Origin: Lytechinus pictus
Lineage: Eukaryota
Direction: 5' to 3'
Length of the DNA: 64,000 bases
NCBI RefSeq assembly: GCF_037042905.1
Contig: NC_087263.1
Span: forward strand, 9,364,001-9,428,000
How positions within the stretch are numbered: position 1 is the first letter of the stretch; each line of letters starts with the position of its first letter. Both the position numbers and the translations under genes were made by a program. A model generated the notes under the pieces. It worked only from the letters and a program-made list of their open reading frames with translations. It was not told where the DNA came from and made no database searches. This document shows, piece by piece, positions 1 to 13,500 of this stretch.

Positions 1-241
1 TAGCAAACACAATTGGAATATTTTTTTAGATTGAATCAAAAATCCAGGGCTACAGCACATATAATATCAATTAAAGTTAATTAGTGATGAATGCAGAGGA
101 TTGTTGATATTACTACCCTTGCTTGAACCTGATGTGCCTGTTATTTCTCTAAATATAGAATATATATGTAAATGCTTGTCTTATTTGGCTGATCATATTT
201 ACATTCAGTTAAACCATGGTTCAAACGTGGCTCAGGCATCC

Positions 242-832
242 AGGGGGCCCATCTCATGAAGAGTTACAACTATTGTAACTTTGTTATTATTGTAACTACC
301 ACGGTAGCCTTGATTTTGATTGGCTGCTGAGCCCTGTTACCATGGTAGTTACAATAAGCCTGTTCACGGTTGTAAACTGCGCACGAGCAGAAAAAGGTCA
401 TTTGAGATCAACCATGAAGGTGGCTTTAAAATTCACTGACATAGGCATTTGTGATTTGATGATTATTCATGCTACATGTATTCCTTTCAAAATATTCATT
501 TTATCACATCCAAGCTGCGCTGAAGAGTAATAAATAGAGCCTTCATAATCACTGGTATTTGACAGTAGCCTAAACAATAGTCAAATGTGCCAAAGGCAGA
601 CAATAAAACAGATTTCCAAACTTTATCCCTGATGTACTATTCTAGTCACCTATACAATGCCTTTTGTTCTTAGAATTTGAATACTCTACCGGTAAAGCTT
701 ACGCAACATCTACATTTGAAAATGATAGTGCTTATCCTAATGAAAAATCACAAAGGTCATTTGAGAAAAAGCAGATCATTAGCTAACCGTGAACTGGCTT
801 ATAGTTGTAACTCTTTATGACTTGGGCCGCGG
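242..832. mobile_element. GGGCCC-ended MITE with nested MITE (358-798)
   Basis: Outer TIR aagagttacaactat/atagttgtaactctt (uninterrupted relative at ~2968-3140); inner TIR GCCTGTTCACGGTT/AACCGTGAACTGGC. Confidence 0.75.
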
Positions 833-988
833 GTGCAACAGCCCCACAACTTATTTGATCTTGTTTATATGTGCTCAGGCATGGCTGAACCCACAAACCG
901 ATACCCTCATCGCAGCTTTAAAATGATATATAACTCACTACTAAAGGATATTTGTAACCATCATAACAGAGAGCAGAACATTGACTAA

Positions 989-1259
989 AGGCCTGGTCCC
1001 ACTGGCTGATGGACACAAACTGTTCTCATAACGGATACAGTGGACAAGTAAAATTTTGGGGTGGCTCCATCCGTTTTCATCCGCTCCAGACAATGGGCAA
1101 ACCATGAAATAACAGTGGACGGATGCTCGATGGATGTAGAGCATATGAAAAACGTATGCAAAGAGGACACAACGGATACATAATGTTTTCAAACGGATGG
1201 CAAGATTCTTTTCCGTTTTACATCCTCTCTGCATCCGTAAGTGCAGTGGGACCGAGCCT
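989..1259. mobile_element. PIF/Harbinger-like MITE
   Basis: TIR AGGCCTGGTCCCACTG / CAGTGGGACCGAGCCT. Confidence 0.7.
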
Positions 1260-1415
1260 TGACACCGTAGAATATTACTTTTGGAAAAAAAAGAGGGATT
1301 AAGAGGGATTTTTCCGAGGTCAATCCCAACATCAGCCTCATTTCAGTACGGTGTTGTCACAACCTCAAAACAAGATTTCAACACCGTACTTGAAATCACC
1401 TTTCATTTTTCTTAC

Positions 1416-1529
1416 CAAATGTAAGAGGATATGGATATGCGTTATCGATGGAAGTGATGTATGCAGCCCCAGACTGAGCTCGAGCCTCATCGAACGTCAG
1501 AGTAGTTGTGGCAACAGCCGGATCACCAG
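1416..1529 (-). CDS. Exon Y, juxtamembrane domain, part 2
   Basis: tttttag|CT ... G|gtaaga; GDPAVATTTLTFDEARAQSGAAYITSIDNAYPYPLTF (not in ORF track). Confidence 0.82.
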
Positions 1530-4500
1530 CTAAAAAGAAAATTGAACATTTTACTCAATAGATAGGTGAATTCTACAATCATCGTCATTATGTAATTATA
1601 ATACTTGCTTTTACATAGCACTTAACAAATACTTTTTCATAATCTACAGCACTTTACAGTAATGCAGAATTTTTTTTCATTTCATCTATTCATTTATTTT
1701 GTATTACTTGTTTGGGTACATTCTAAATCTCAATTCAAACTCACCCTCTGTTGTGATGATGACGGCAAACGTCAAAAGTTCCCCGTTGTCATGGCTGAAC
1801 AGATTCTCCGGGAGTTGCACAGTGAATGAGGTGGTTGAAACAGCAGGGATCACTGTATTTTCTTCATAAGGATAGTTGTCAGGCACTGGGGCAGGTTCTG
1901 TCGTAAGATGTAGTCATATATGTTTACCTGCACTTTTTTTTCTCAACAATCGAATTCATACATGTATATCACATACCTCCTTAATATTATATTATACCAA
2001 GTACCCACGTTCACGATTTGTGCCACGATTCAAACAGCGTACTTAAACGTAGTGATGTTATGAGATCGTATCAGAGCAGGGCTTTGTAACACAAAGGTTT
2101 CTGATGGATTGCAAATATGAAAGAACTGCGCTGATTGGTCCCTGGTCAGGATTTTAAACCAAATGCGAGTGTAACATTGATATTGATTGGTCAGTTCATT
2201 TAGCGATTGATCGCTAATCTTTGTGTTACGGAGCCCAGCCCAGATCAGTTGGGGCAATCAAATTGATCGTAGAAACAATTTGAATGGTTCAAAAAAAAAT
2301 TGCGATCTGTTACGAAAGTCCAGTCATGGCTTTCGTCACAGATCGCATGACAGGGAAAGGAGGTATTACTACCTTCTTCAAATTTAATTGATATCCAGAG
2401 TGTACAGTTGAGATCAAAATTTAGTGAACCCCACCACAAATCGAAGTCTTTCAAATTTTGTGTCACCACGTGGCAAAGGAAAAAAAATGAGAAAAATGGG
2501 ATTTGATGCACAACGGGATGATTATCGTATATGGAATTGCTCAGCGATGGTAAAATATTATTACGGTGTCACCTGAACATGCAGAACTGGAACATGAAAT
2601 CAGGGTCCCGTTTTGTAAAGACTTGTTACAACAACAAATGCACAATTTCTAGAACAAATTTACTATCAGCCAATCAAATCAAAGGATTTCAGTAGCTTTT
2701 TTAACTGTTATATTCCTAATTTGTTATTACATGTACAGTGTATAACAAGTTTTATGAAACGGCCCCGGAAGATGTATAAAGATATACGTGGTGGTTCAGA
2801 TAACGGAGAGGAGACTTACAGCTCACCAAGTGGTCAGTCCGGAACAGGACTGCTAGGTGGTGGAATGAAAGAGATAAAGGTAGAAACTGGTAGGAGAGAA
2901 AGAGATAGATGAGAGAGAGATGTATCTTTTGTGAATTAAGGTAACATCCTAAAAAGAACTGCAAACCAGGGGCCCATTTCATAAAGAGATACAACTATGG
3001 TAACTTTGTCATTATGGCAACTACATGTACCACGGTAACAGGGCTCAACAGCCTATCAGAATCAAGGTTTCCATGGTAGCAACAATAATGGCCAAGTTAC
3101 GATACATGTAGTTGTAACTCCAATATCGAAAGGGTCCGGGGTCCTGTTTCCATAAAGACTAGTTACAATAACAAATGCACAATGTATTTAACAAGTTTAC
3201 AACCACCCAATCAAACTGAATGATTTCAGTAGCTTTAAACTGTTATTGCACATTTGTTGTTATAACAAGTTTTGCAGAAACGGGTTCCAAATGAGATGCG
3301 ATGACTTGGAGCAGAAGAGTTCTTAATAATCCCTAGCGGTGGATGCACCTGTGAGGGTACTAGCAGTGAACCTTTACTGTTAGATTGATAAAAGACATCT
3401 ACTGTATGGACCATTCCATGGTGCTATGTCAGGGTCAAGTTCTGTTTTGGTGTCAGATATCTGAGTGCATAAACTGTGACATGTGATAGAAGTGCTTACA
3501 GTACATGTAGATAACAAATAAGGGATTTCTGGAAAATTCAAAAATGTTGCAACTCAGTGAGATTGTTGAACTGTCTCCTCATACATGTACTGTACATGCG
3601 TGGGCGCGTCGTGGTCTAGTGGTTCTGACTCTCGCCTTTGAAACAGAGGGTCATGGGTTCGAATCCTAGCCTTGGCTTATTTTCCTTCAGCAAGAAATTC
3701 ACCCATACTGTGCTGCACTCAACTCAGGTGAGGCAAATGGGTACCGGCAGGAAGTAATTCCTCAAAAGCTGTGTGCACCTGGATCGGTAGCCTGCATGTA
3801 CATGTACATGTAGCTTAGCTGGGGTAATAATAGCAGGGCCTGCTGGGAGAACAGTTTTCGAAACTGAAGTGGCTACCCTGGGAAAATATACCATTATTAT
3901 TATCATTATTATACATGTATATGCAAAGTGTACTTGGAGTCCTAGAAAAAAGGTACTGTAAGACAATGAATATCTCTATATTTCTGTCAAGTCATACAAC
4001 AGATTCTCCAAAAGTATCCATCCAACATCTTTGTCAGATATCTATTAAACTGCATGAACTGTAACAAGTGATAACGAATACACGTAAGAAAAAAGAATTA
4101 GGTTGTAGAACGGATTCTCTAAAAATGATCCTTGCAACATCTTCAACACAGCAAAGGAAGCTTCTGATGATTGGCCATTAAAGACCACTGAGTTGAAAAG
4201 CAGTTTTAAAGAAAACATGGATAAGAAAAGGGAAAAAAGGGGCAGGTTGTTGAACAGGTATTCCTAGTAGAATCTGTCCAACATTTTCAACACAACAGTA
4301 CAAGAGAAGGGTCCGATTGCGGGCAATTGTAGAGAGATGATTTGAAAGTGATCATGAAAAAAAACTGGAGATGAAAAAATACCAGATATGAAGGGAACAG
4401 GTCAGGCCTTTGAACAGATATTCCTAGTAGAATCAGTCATTTATCTTCATTACACAAAGATGTGATTCTGATCCTTGATCTTTAAAAAACAAATGTGATG

Positions 4501-7491
4501 AAATGCAATTACAAATATCATGGAAAAGAACAGAAAAAGGTGATCTATCTGGAACATGGACTCCTGGCTATTCAGTCAAGATTCAGACGTCTTTCCTTGA
4601 GTAATCCCTTGCTCATCCCAGTCTACACGATACATGTACTTTGCAATTCTTCCGATCCTCTACGCATTCCAGCTGGATAAATTACCCACAATCCATCACA
4701 AGTCCTATTTCCTGCTTTTGTACAATACCATGTTAACAACGTTCTGTGAGTATGAAAATATGCACTAATTTTCACCATCCCTGCGTAGGTACATGTAATT
4801 ATGCAATCTCCTTTTGGCGCATAAAAGCGAACTTGAGAGTGCAGCAGTATACAAATTTAAGTCCAATTTTTGCTTTTTGTGACAATAAATGAAGGTAAGA
4901 CGATGAGGAGCAGCTAAATGAACCCTCAGATCTACCTGTACATGTCTAATGCAGTTCACAGCTACATGGGCACCTATTCTCCATTCTCATTTCATGTTTT
5001 CCAGTGGTTGGAGGAGACAATAATATACATACCTTCTTGGAACGTTGTAACTGGCTCAGTATACGCTGGGTCACTTTCATAATCCCCATCATTCACTGCG
5101 ATGATCTGTTAGGGAAAAATAAAAAATGGTCAAATTGAGCACAACTGCCAGTGGTGATTATCTAAAAATGAGTTCAAACAATGACAATGATTTTATTTCT
5201 TTGATGGCCCCTCCTGGGGGCATAGAAGAAATATAACAAGTTATAACAATGGCAATAATAGGCATAAGAAAAATACCAAGGTAACAAAAAATCAATAAAA
5301 AGAAAGAAAATAAAGAATCAAACATGATGATAATAAACAGACATGTATGTACAATACAAGAGCAATAATAGTAACTGGCACAAATGGACCCACCCACCCC
5401 AGAGAGTATCCGGAGACCGGCACAAAGACACATACCCCCACTGAGCACGTGCGGATGCAATCCAACAAAATCTGAAATCATGCCTTAATACGAGACAGTA
5501 ACCAAAACAGCAACTACATTTAAGATGACATTAAAATTTGGATATAATGAATTTACAATACCTTGACAGATTTTTCACGTATTTTGTATTTCTCATATTA
5601 AACAGCTTGTGCATTTTAATCACATTTGGTCTGACAAGATAATACCCTCTAGTATCCAATAAAATGACCATCAAGATATATGCTAAATGATTCTGGCAGA
5701 AAGTGTGTAATTACTGAAAAACTGACAAAATAGGAATGTTTTTTTTTCCAGGTTTTGGGTCATTTTCAAAGCAATGAAAGTGCACTGTCGTACATGTACC
5801 TTCACTCAATTATTTGTTTTTATCTCATTGAAAGAACCCCCTAATCCCCCCTTTTTTTTTAAATTGTACAACGCCTACTTAGCTTGTTGTACGCGAGCAA
5901 ATGAGAGGCTGAATGCCAAACATTTGTACAGTTGCACACATGACGTACATGTACAGTGTACCGTTGCACGCACGGCTTTGGGAGGTGACGTCACAATATG
6001 ATATTATTCATTGCGCTCAGTAAAAATGAAGGTGCAATATGCGTATAAACCTGCTGGCTAAATGCGCAATGCTGCCCAAGGTCATGTGCGCTTGTGGGAT
6101 TTTGCTTTTTGCTTTCAATTTTTTGCTCCCTTTTCATAGATTACTGCATGGAAAAACTCTTTGTTTTTCATAAATTTGCTAAACTCTGAGGCGTTGTACA
6201 ACACAAATAGCGAATATTCTTAGTCGTGCAATGGTGCGTGATTTTGCATTCGGTGAAAGAAAGAAACACTCTATGCAAGAGCATCCTTCTTTCACCTCAT
6301 GCGAAATCTCGCACTCATGCCTATTCACTATTTGTATATTGTACAACGCCTACTTAGCTTGTTGTACGCGAGCAAATGGGAGGCTGAATGTCAAACATTC
6401 GTACCGTTGCACAAAAGACGTACATGTACCGTCCAAAATGTACCGTTGCACGGCTTAAGTACGTGACATCACAATACGATTTAATTCATTGCGCTCAGTA
6501 AAAATGAAGGTGCAATACGCGTATAAGCCTGCTAGCTAAATGCTGCCCAGGGTCATGTGCGCTTGTGGGATTTTGCTTTTCGCTTTCAGTATTTTTGCTC
6601 CCTTTTCATAGATTACTACAGGGATAAACTCTTGTTTTTTCCATATTTTCACTATATTCCGAGGCGTTGTACAACACAAATAGCGAATATTCTTATTCGT
6701 GCAATGGTGCGAGATTTCGCATTCGGTGAAAGAAAGAGACGCTCTATTCAACTCGGCTAACGCCTCGTTGAATAGAGCATCTTTCTTTCACCTCATGCGA
6801 AATCTCGCACCATCGCACTCATGCCTATTCGCTATTTGTATACTGTTACATCGGTGTACTTAAAAAAATTATTTTACAACAATGAGATATGACAGATGCT
6901 CTTGATGACCAACAGCATTTTAATATATTGCACCATATTTCTGTTAAAAATCTTCATAGGCGCAGGCTCATCCTTGACCTTCACCTTGTTTTCAAATTAT
7001 ACAAAGAAAAATATATACAAATGCAATATGAATGAGAAAAAGAGAGACATTTTTGTTAACTTACTGTGAATACGTATGTGAACCCTGCTCGCAGTTCATT
7101 GACTGTCCTAGTCAGTCCTATTTCAGTGAAGGAAGGGGACTCATGAATCGGTAGGTCCTGTAGATGAGTATTAAAAGATAATTGATATGTTACTGTGGAA
7201 TATGGGCACCGAGATCACGATGATTTGTTTCATCTTGGGAGGAGAATGCCTCCATGGAGTGGAATACAAGAATATGCTAGCAAAATATATATATGTACCT
7301 GTACATGTACCATGGTACAGCCGCTAATCGCCATCACTACCACAATCATAATCAGTATCATCATCATCATCATCATCTTCATCACCATCATCATCATCGC
7401 CATCATCACCAATACTACTACCACCACTACCACCACTACCACCACCACCACCATCACCATCATCAGTAACATCATCATCACCATCACAACC

Positions 7492-7523
<32 letters not shown>

Positions 7524-10500
7524 TCCTCTTCTCCTCCTTATCATCACCATCATCACCACCCGCACAACATCATCATCATCACCATCATCCCTCTTCTCCT
7601 CCTTATCATCACCATCACAACCACCAATGCCACTACCATTACCACCAGCACAATCATCATCATACACTGTATATGCAATATTGACTTACACCTCTTGTTC
7701 CAACATAGCTTATAACATAATGTGTGATTTCACCATTAGGTTCTGCTGGAGCCTCATACGTGAGAAAGATGTTGTTTTTATCTATTACTTCTGCAAGAGG
7801 GATGCGGACAGGACTTGGCTCTGTGCAAAAAAAAGAAAGGAAAGTTTTAAAAGTTACATACAAAGAATGTCAATAGGAAGTGAACTGACTAACAATATGT
7901 GTGGTCTCTAATTGAATGTATGTGATAAATAGCTAATATTAAAATATACCTTTTTGCGATAACTATTAATGATAATAATAATTGGATTTATATAGCACTT
8001 TTTGCCCGAGGGTACAAAGCGCTTGCTATTATTATCCTGGCTTTAGCTTGAGCTACAATCGCCGATGCTAAGAGCCTGCAAGGAATTTATCCTACTGGGT
8101 ACCCATTCACCTCACCTGGTTCAAATGCAACCAGGGCGGATAAATTTCTTGCTGAAGGAAAACACGCCATGGCTAGGCTTCGAACACACGACCCCCTGTT
8201 TGAAAGACGAGAGTCAGAACCACTAGACCACAACGCGCCCATCATAGCACAGATAACAAATGAGCATATAATTTAGTTTGTAAAGAGAAATTAAAATTTT
8301 TTGAGAGGAAAACTACATTTTTTTTTAGTAACATGATTATTGTGACAGAATGGACTGAGTAGTAAATTATATCTTTCAAGTGGGCCTGTATTACAAGACT
8401 AACTTCTCAGAATGTTAGTCAGTTATAAATTAGGACCAGGGCCCCATAACACAAAACTTAGCGATTGATCGTAGAACATTTTTCTACAATTGATTCCATT
8501 GACTACAATGTACAATCAATCGTAAAAATCAAGCGTACGATCAATCGCTAACCTTTGTGTCACGGGACCCTGGAAATGATTGGAATTTCTAAATAGAACC
8601 ACTGTTGGCTTACTTAGAAATTTTAAATCATTAAAACATTATTTACATGTATATATAATATTTTCAAGTTTACTGGATGAATCACAATATGCATGGATTC
8701 TCAGCACGTCGCATTATGGGTAAGGCAACCTGGCCAGATTTGAGTACCTAAGGAGGTGGTGCTCTATTCAAAGCCCATCTAAAGCTTCAGCAAAAAGATT
8801 AATACTGTAAATGACATTGAAGTATCATCTAAAAAAACATTGAATCTTTTTTTTCAATTATAAAAATATATCAAACTTGTAGTAATAATAATAATAAGTC
8901 ATATTTTACCAAGGGTAGCCACTTCAGTTCTGAAAACTGTTCTCCCAGCTTAACATGATAATGTTATTATTATCCTGACCTTAGCACGGTTGCATCTAGT
9001 ACCCTCTCGTAGTATTTTTTCCAAACGAATGGCTATTTGGGAACTTACCATAAAAAAAGTCAGTACCAACTCCAAATGCCAACATACCCTTGAACACCAA
9101 TACAAACACCACAACATCAGTATTAATATTCAACCTAACCTTAACACCAGTACCAACACAAACACCACAATGTCAGTATTAACATTCAACCTAACCTCAA
9201 CACCAGTACCAACACAAACACCCCAATGTCAGTATGAACATTTACCCTTATACCATAATACCAGCACCAACACAAACACCACAATGTCAGTATGAACATT
9301 CAACCTAACCTAAACACCAGCACCGATTCAACCCTAACACTAAGAAGAGCACCAAGACAAACACCACAAAATCAGTATTAACATTCAACCTCAACTCAAC
9401 ACCAGCACCAATTCCAACACGAACACTAAAGCAAGAGCACCAAGACAAACATCCAACACTAAAACCAACACCGCACTAGAAATCACCTACTGCATGGAAC
9501 AGATTATCAAAACTCACTATCAGTCAGAGTTCGGGTGCTTCCCACTTTTGGTTCACTTCTTTCATCACCGCTGAGGGCTACTACGCTAACACTATATGTC
9601 GTCCCCGGGGTAAGGTCAGAGATCTCCGCAGACGGTTGATTAAGGTTTCCATTAAACACAACACTCCCATGGTTTGGTGTAACTGTGATGTCAAAGTTGT
9701 CAACATCTCCGACAGATTTCCACACGGCGGTGAGTGTCCGCTGGGTGGGGGTAATGCTCAACTCGGTTGGAGTGGCAGGAACTGGATGAATAAATTTAGA
9801 AGCAAAGTACTTATTATTCCATTAATATTATTTATTTGCTGATTGGCATCACCTGTGCCCATGAGTTGAAAAAGCGAAAGGAATCACTGTCACCCTCAGG
9901 TCTCTGCTCCTGATTGGGGGAGCACAGGTGGACCACTACACCGGAGTTTCCCCGGTGGGTTCTTAACAAGCAAAGATGATGACTGTCCAACATACACAGG
10001 GCATGCATTTAACATTCTTTTTCGAAGGAAGTGTGTTTTCCACTTTAACATAGCCTGCATCTATTTACACATTGTCTTTACATGTAATGCCATTCTTCAC
10101 ATTCTTCCACTCTTTCCCGCTCTCTCCATTCTCGAACTTCTTTCCTCTTTATTTCCCTTTCCTCCCTCACTTTCTTTATCTTTTCTTTGTCTTTTCTTGG
10201 ACATCTGTCGTTATATTATCATTGTCAAAGTATCTATCCAAATGATTCCTATGTTGATTGTGTATATTTGTATATGTAAATATATATATATATACATGTA
10301 CAGTATATGTATATTATGTATACATATGTGTGTATGTATGTATATATGTGTGTATATGTGTATGTATGTATATGTGTATATATGTCACCTCGATACTTAT
10401 CACTCCCTTCTATTATTTACTATTTATAAGTAGACATACATGTAAGTTGTTTCTCTTTTTGATAAAATACTGTTTTTTTTTTGTTTATCTGCATATATTC

Positions 10501-13500
10501 CTTGAATTGTATATATGTTTTGTATTATTTCGTGTTGAATTGTATATTTGTTTTATATATTTGTTTTGTATCATTTTGTACTTCTTGTTTAGAACAAAAT
10601 ATTGGCAATTGCCAGTGATGTTCTAATAAATTCAATTCAATTCAATTCATCTACGAAACAAGGAAACAGGGAATGGGCTACATGTAGTTAACACACAAGG
10701 CGGCCTTCAGTCATTCGTCCAGGGTGGACGCAAACTACACAACAATCTTTGGTTCTACAGGCAGATGCTTAATTGACTGAGCCAACTCATTCCCTTAAAC
10801 ATAATGCATTTTTTATAAGAAAATTATCATTAAAAACCCCCCTACATCAGAAAAGATTTGCTCTTCAAAAGCCCTCACAATAAAAATACATGTATAATAT
10901 GACAGCTGAAACTACGGGGTCAAATAGTCCCATACATGTTTATCTGTGTGCATGTCACTTGAAGAATCAAGTCAATTACAAGTTCTTAGTTCTTAATTGG
11001 GTTATTATACATGTATACCTTCAAATGTCACTTAAGTTTTTGCAAAACTAGAACTAAATATCATCTTTAATTCTCCCCTTTCCCTACCTTTTTTTTCATT
11101 TCAGCTTCCCTTTTTATTAAATCATTTATCGTGAATTACCTGTTCTTTGTTCCACTGTCTCTGCTGCGCTAGTCTTCAGTGTGGCACTGTCCACGCCAAC
11201 CCCACTCACAGACACCAGAGAGAAGGAATAGTTCCTCCCCTGGACCAAACCGGACACCTCGGTAGTATACTCTACTTGATCTGAGATGTACACCTCTTCA
11301 ATTGGTACCCGAGTATCAGGTTTAAAGGTCAACTGGAAGTAGTTGTAGACGCAGCCTGAGCAATTTTTGAGACGCCACTGTACGGTGACATTGGTTGTGG
11401 TGTAACTGGTCACGGAGATGTCTTCAACTGACTCGGGCACTGCAATGCCGGATAGAAAACAACACAATATCAATCAAATTTTCTAAGATGGGAAAATGTT
11501 TGGACTTTTGCACACTGAATTAATACTGGGGGATAATAATGACAACTGCTTTCATAACATTTTCATTGAATCAAGCAGGGACTCGATTTTAAGGCGCGCG
11601 AGAGCGATCGCGCGCTACATGCGCGCCTTAATCCATTTTTGGTAGCGCGATTAATAGCGCGCCTCGCGATAGCTGACCTGCGCGAAAATGCCTAAAGTCG
11701 CCCTCGAAATCACCCAAAATCATGCTTTCGGGGGCGACATAAAATCTGAATGTCGCCCCCGAAATTATTGCCGAGTGATAACAACTCAACGGCCCACTAG
11801 TGCCATATGCTCGAGCTCCGCTTACCATTTAAAAATCATCCAAAATCCACACTCAAAATCATGAATAAGCCTTAAAAGTAGCGAGTAGCACAGTTTCAAA
11901 TTCCGAAGTTGCGTTATTTTTTCTGTACCACGTATTTCCATACACATGGTACCAGGTATGGAAAAAAAAAATAAACGCAACGGTCGGGAAAGAGTTGCAT
12001 GTATAGGGGTCCATTATGACTACCACTATGTGCCATTTCGAATGCACATGTTTCCCCTACAGATATCACAATTCTGTGATAAAATAATTCGAATTACACA
12101 GGAAATAAATCCCAGAGTCTAGTAACCTAGCATTGGTGAGTTGTCATTCGGCTTTGCTTTTCAAAACGGCTTATTAACTTCCAAAATAAGTTGTCTTATT
12201 TATAAATTATAACTAAAAAATCATTTGTTTTCTTTGTCTAGGGGATGAGGTATTATATCAGACAATAAATCATCAAACAAAGCTCCATCTTTTTTACAAG
12301 GCCGGCGGCAGGCTCACGCATTGGCGCTTTTACTACAGTAGCTAGCCAGTTGGAGCTCTGTCTCTCTGCCAGAGCTCTGGGGGACAATTCGCTCAGTAAA
12401 GGCCTCAATGATGGTGATTTTCTGTATCAGACAGAGTTTACATTTCAGGAATATTATTCAAAACTGCCAATAAAGTTTGATGATTTCTTCATTGTTATGT
12501 ATATTTAAGTTCTTAATGAATACATTCTCACCAAATTTAGACTCCCCCATAGAGAAATGAAATTTTCATGGAGATCTGCGTTCTCAAAGAACTTCAGGAA
12601 AAGTTAGGGTATGTGGGCCTTTATTACATGTACATGGCTGACTAGAGTATTGTACTGGAATAGATGGAGTAGAAATTAGATATTGAATTCATTTATATCC
12701 AAGTCCAACTCACAGTCACACACACACCCACCCATCCACACACACCCACATCCAAGATTCTAAACATGATAAATAACTTTAAAAATCATACAACATTAAA
12801 CAAAAAGTAATAATTCATTAATAAGTGAACAGGTATTCCTCAAAATACAAAAAAGTAGCATTTAAAAAGAGCCCTCGAAATGCAAAAAGTAGCCCCCGAA
12901 ATTTGACAAAATATTTAAAATGGAGCCCCCGAAAAAAAAAAAAAAATTGTCAGTGACTTAACTTTTAGCCAAAGTCAAAACCTAACTAAAACAGGTTTTA
13001 TAACACACAATCTAATTACAATACATTGTAAAACAATTATACTTCCTTTGGTTGTTGATTGTAATTTTATAGTACATACATTTCCTCCATCCATTTTGTT
13101 AATTGGGCAAAAAGCTCCCCTTGTATGTTGAAGAAGAGCTTTATGCAGTGCTCCTCTACCGCTCTCCTTAAAAGTTCTAGGAGAGCTTTTTATTGCTCCC
13201 CTCATAATTATAAAACCAAGTCCCTGAATCAAGATTTCCAATCTGTACCATTGACATCGAGGATCGTTCTTTAGATCATAACCAAGAAAAAGAGACATTT
13301 CTTAGCTTCTCTATACAAAGGTTAGAGCGAAAAATGATTGATTGTTGAATTTAATGTATGAATGTGCAATATTGCAGTATTCCTGTGCAAAGGGGTAAAG
13401 GCAGATCAAAAGCAGGTTCATTATTATGCTCTCTCTCTGGGAGATAGAGGGCGCCCTCTAACCAGCAATGTCTAAATTTTAAGTAAAGCACACTCGGCAC

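Noticed and set aside
3602..3675. tRNA gene (also ~8165-8240, ~31225-31295, ~42120-42193)
   Set aside because: Box A/B heads continue into a shared SINE core and tail, and there is no intact cloverleaf.
7195..7911. 238-aa plus-strand and 145-aa minus-strand ORFs
   Set aside because: Open only because of the CAT/CAC microsatellite; the plus ORF is antisense to exon T.
10197..10626. Hydrophobic Cys/Tyr-rich ORFs
   Set aside because: TA/TG microsatellite and T-rich retroelement tail.
11576..13226. Autonomous transposase gene inside the TIR element
   Set aside because: No long ORF or recognisable transposase motif.
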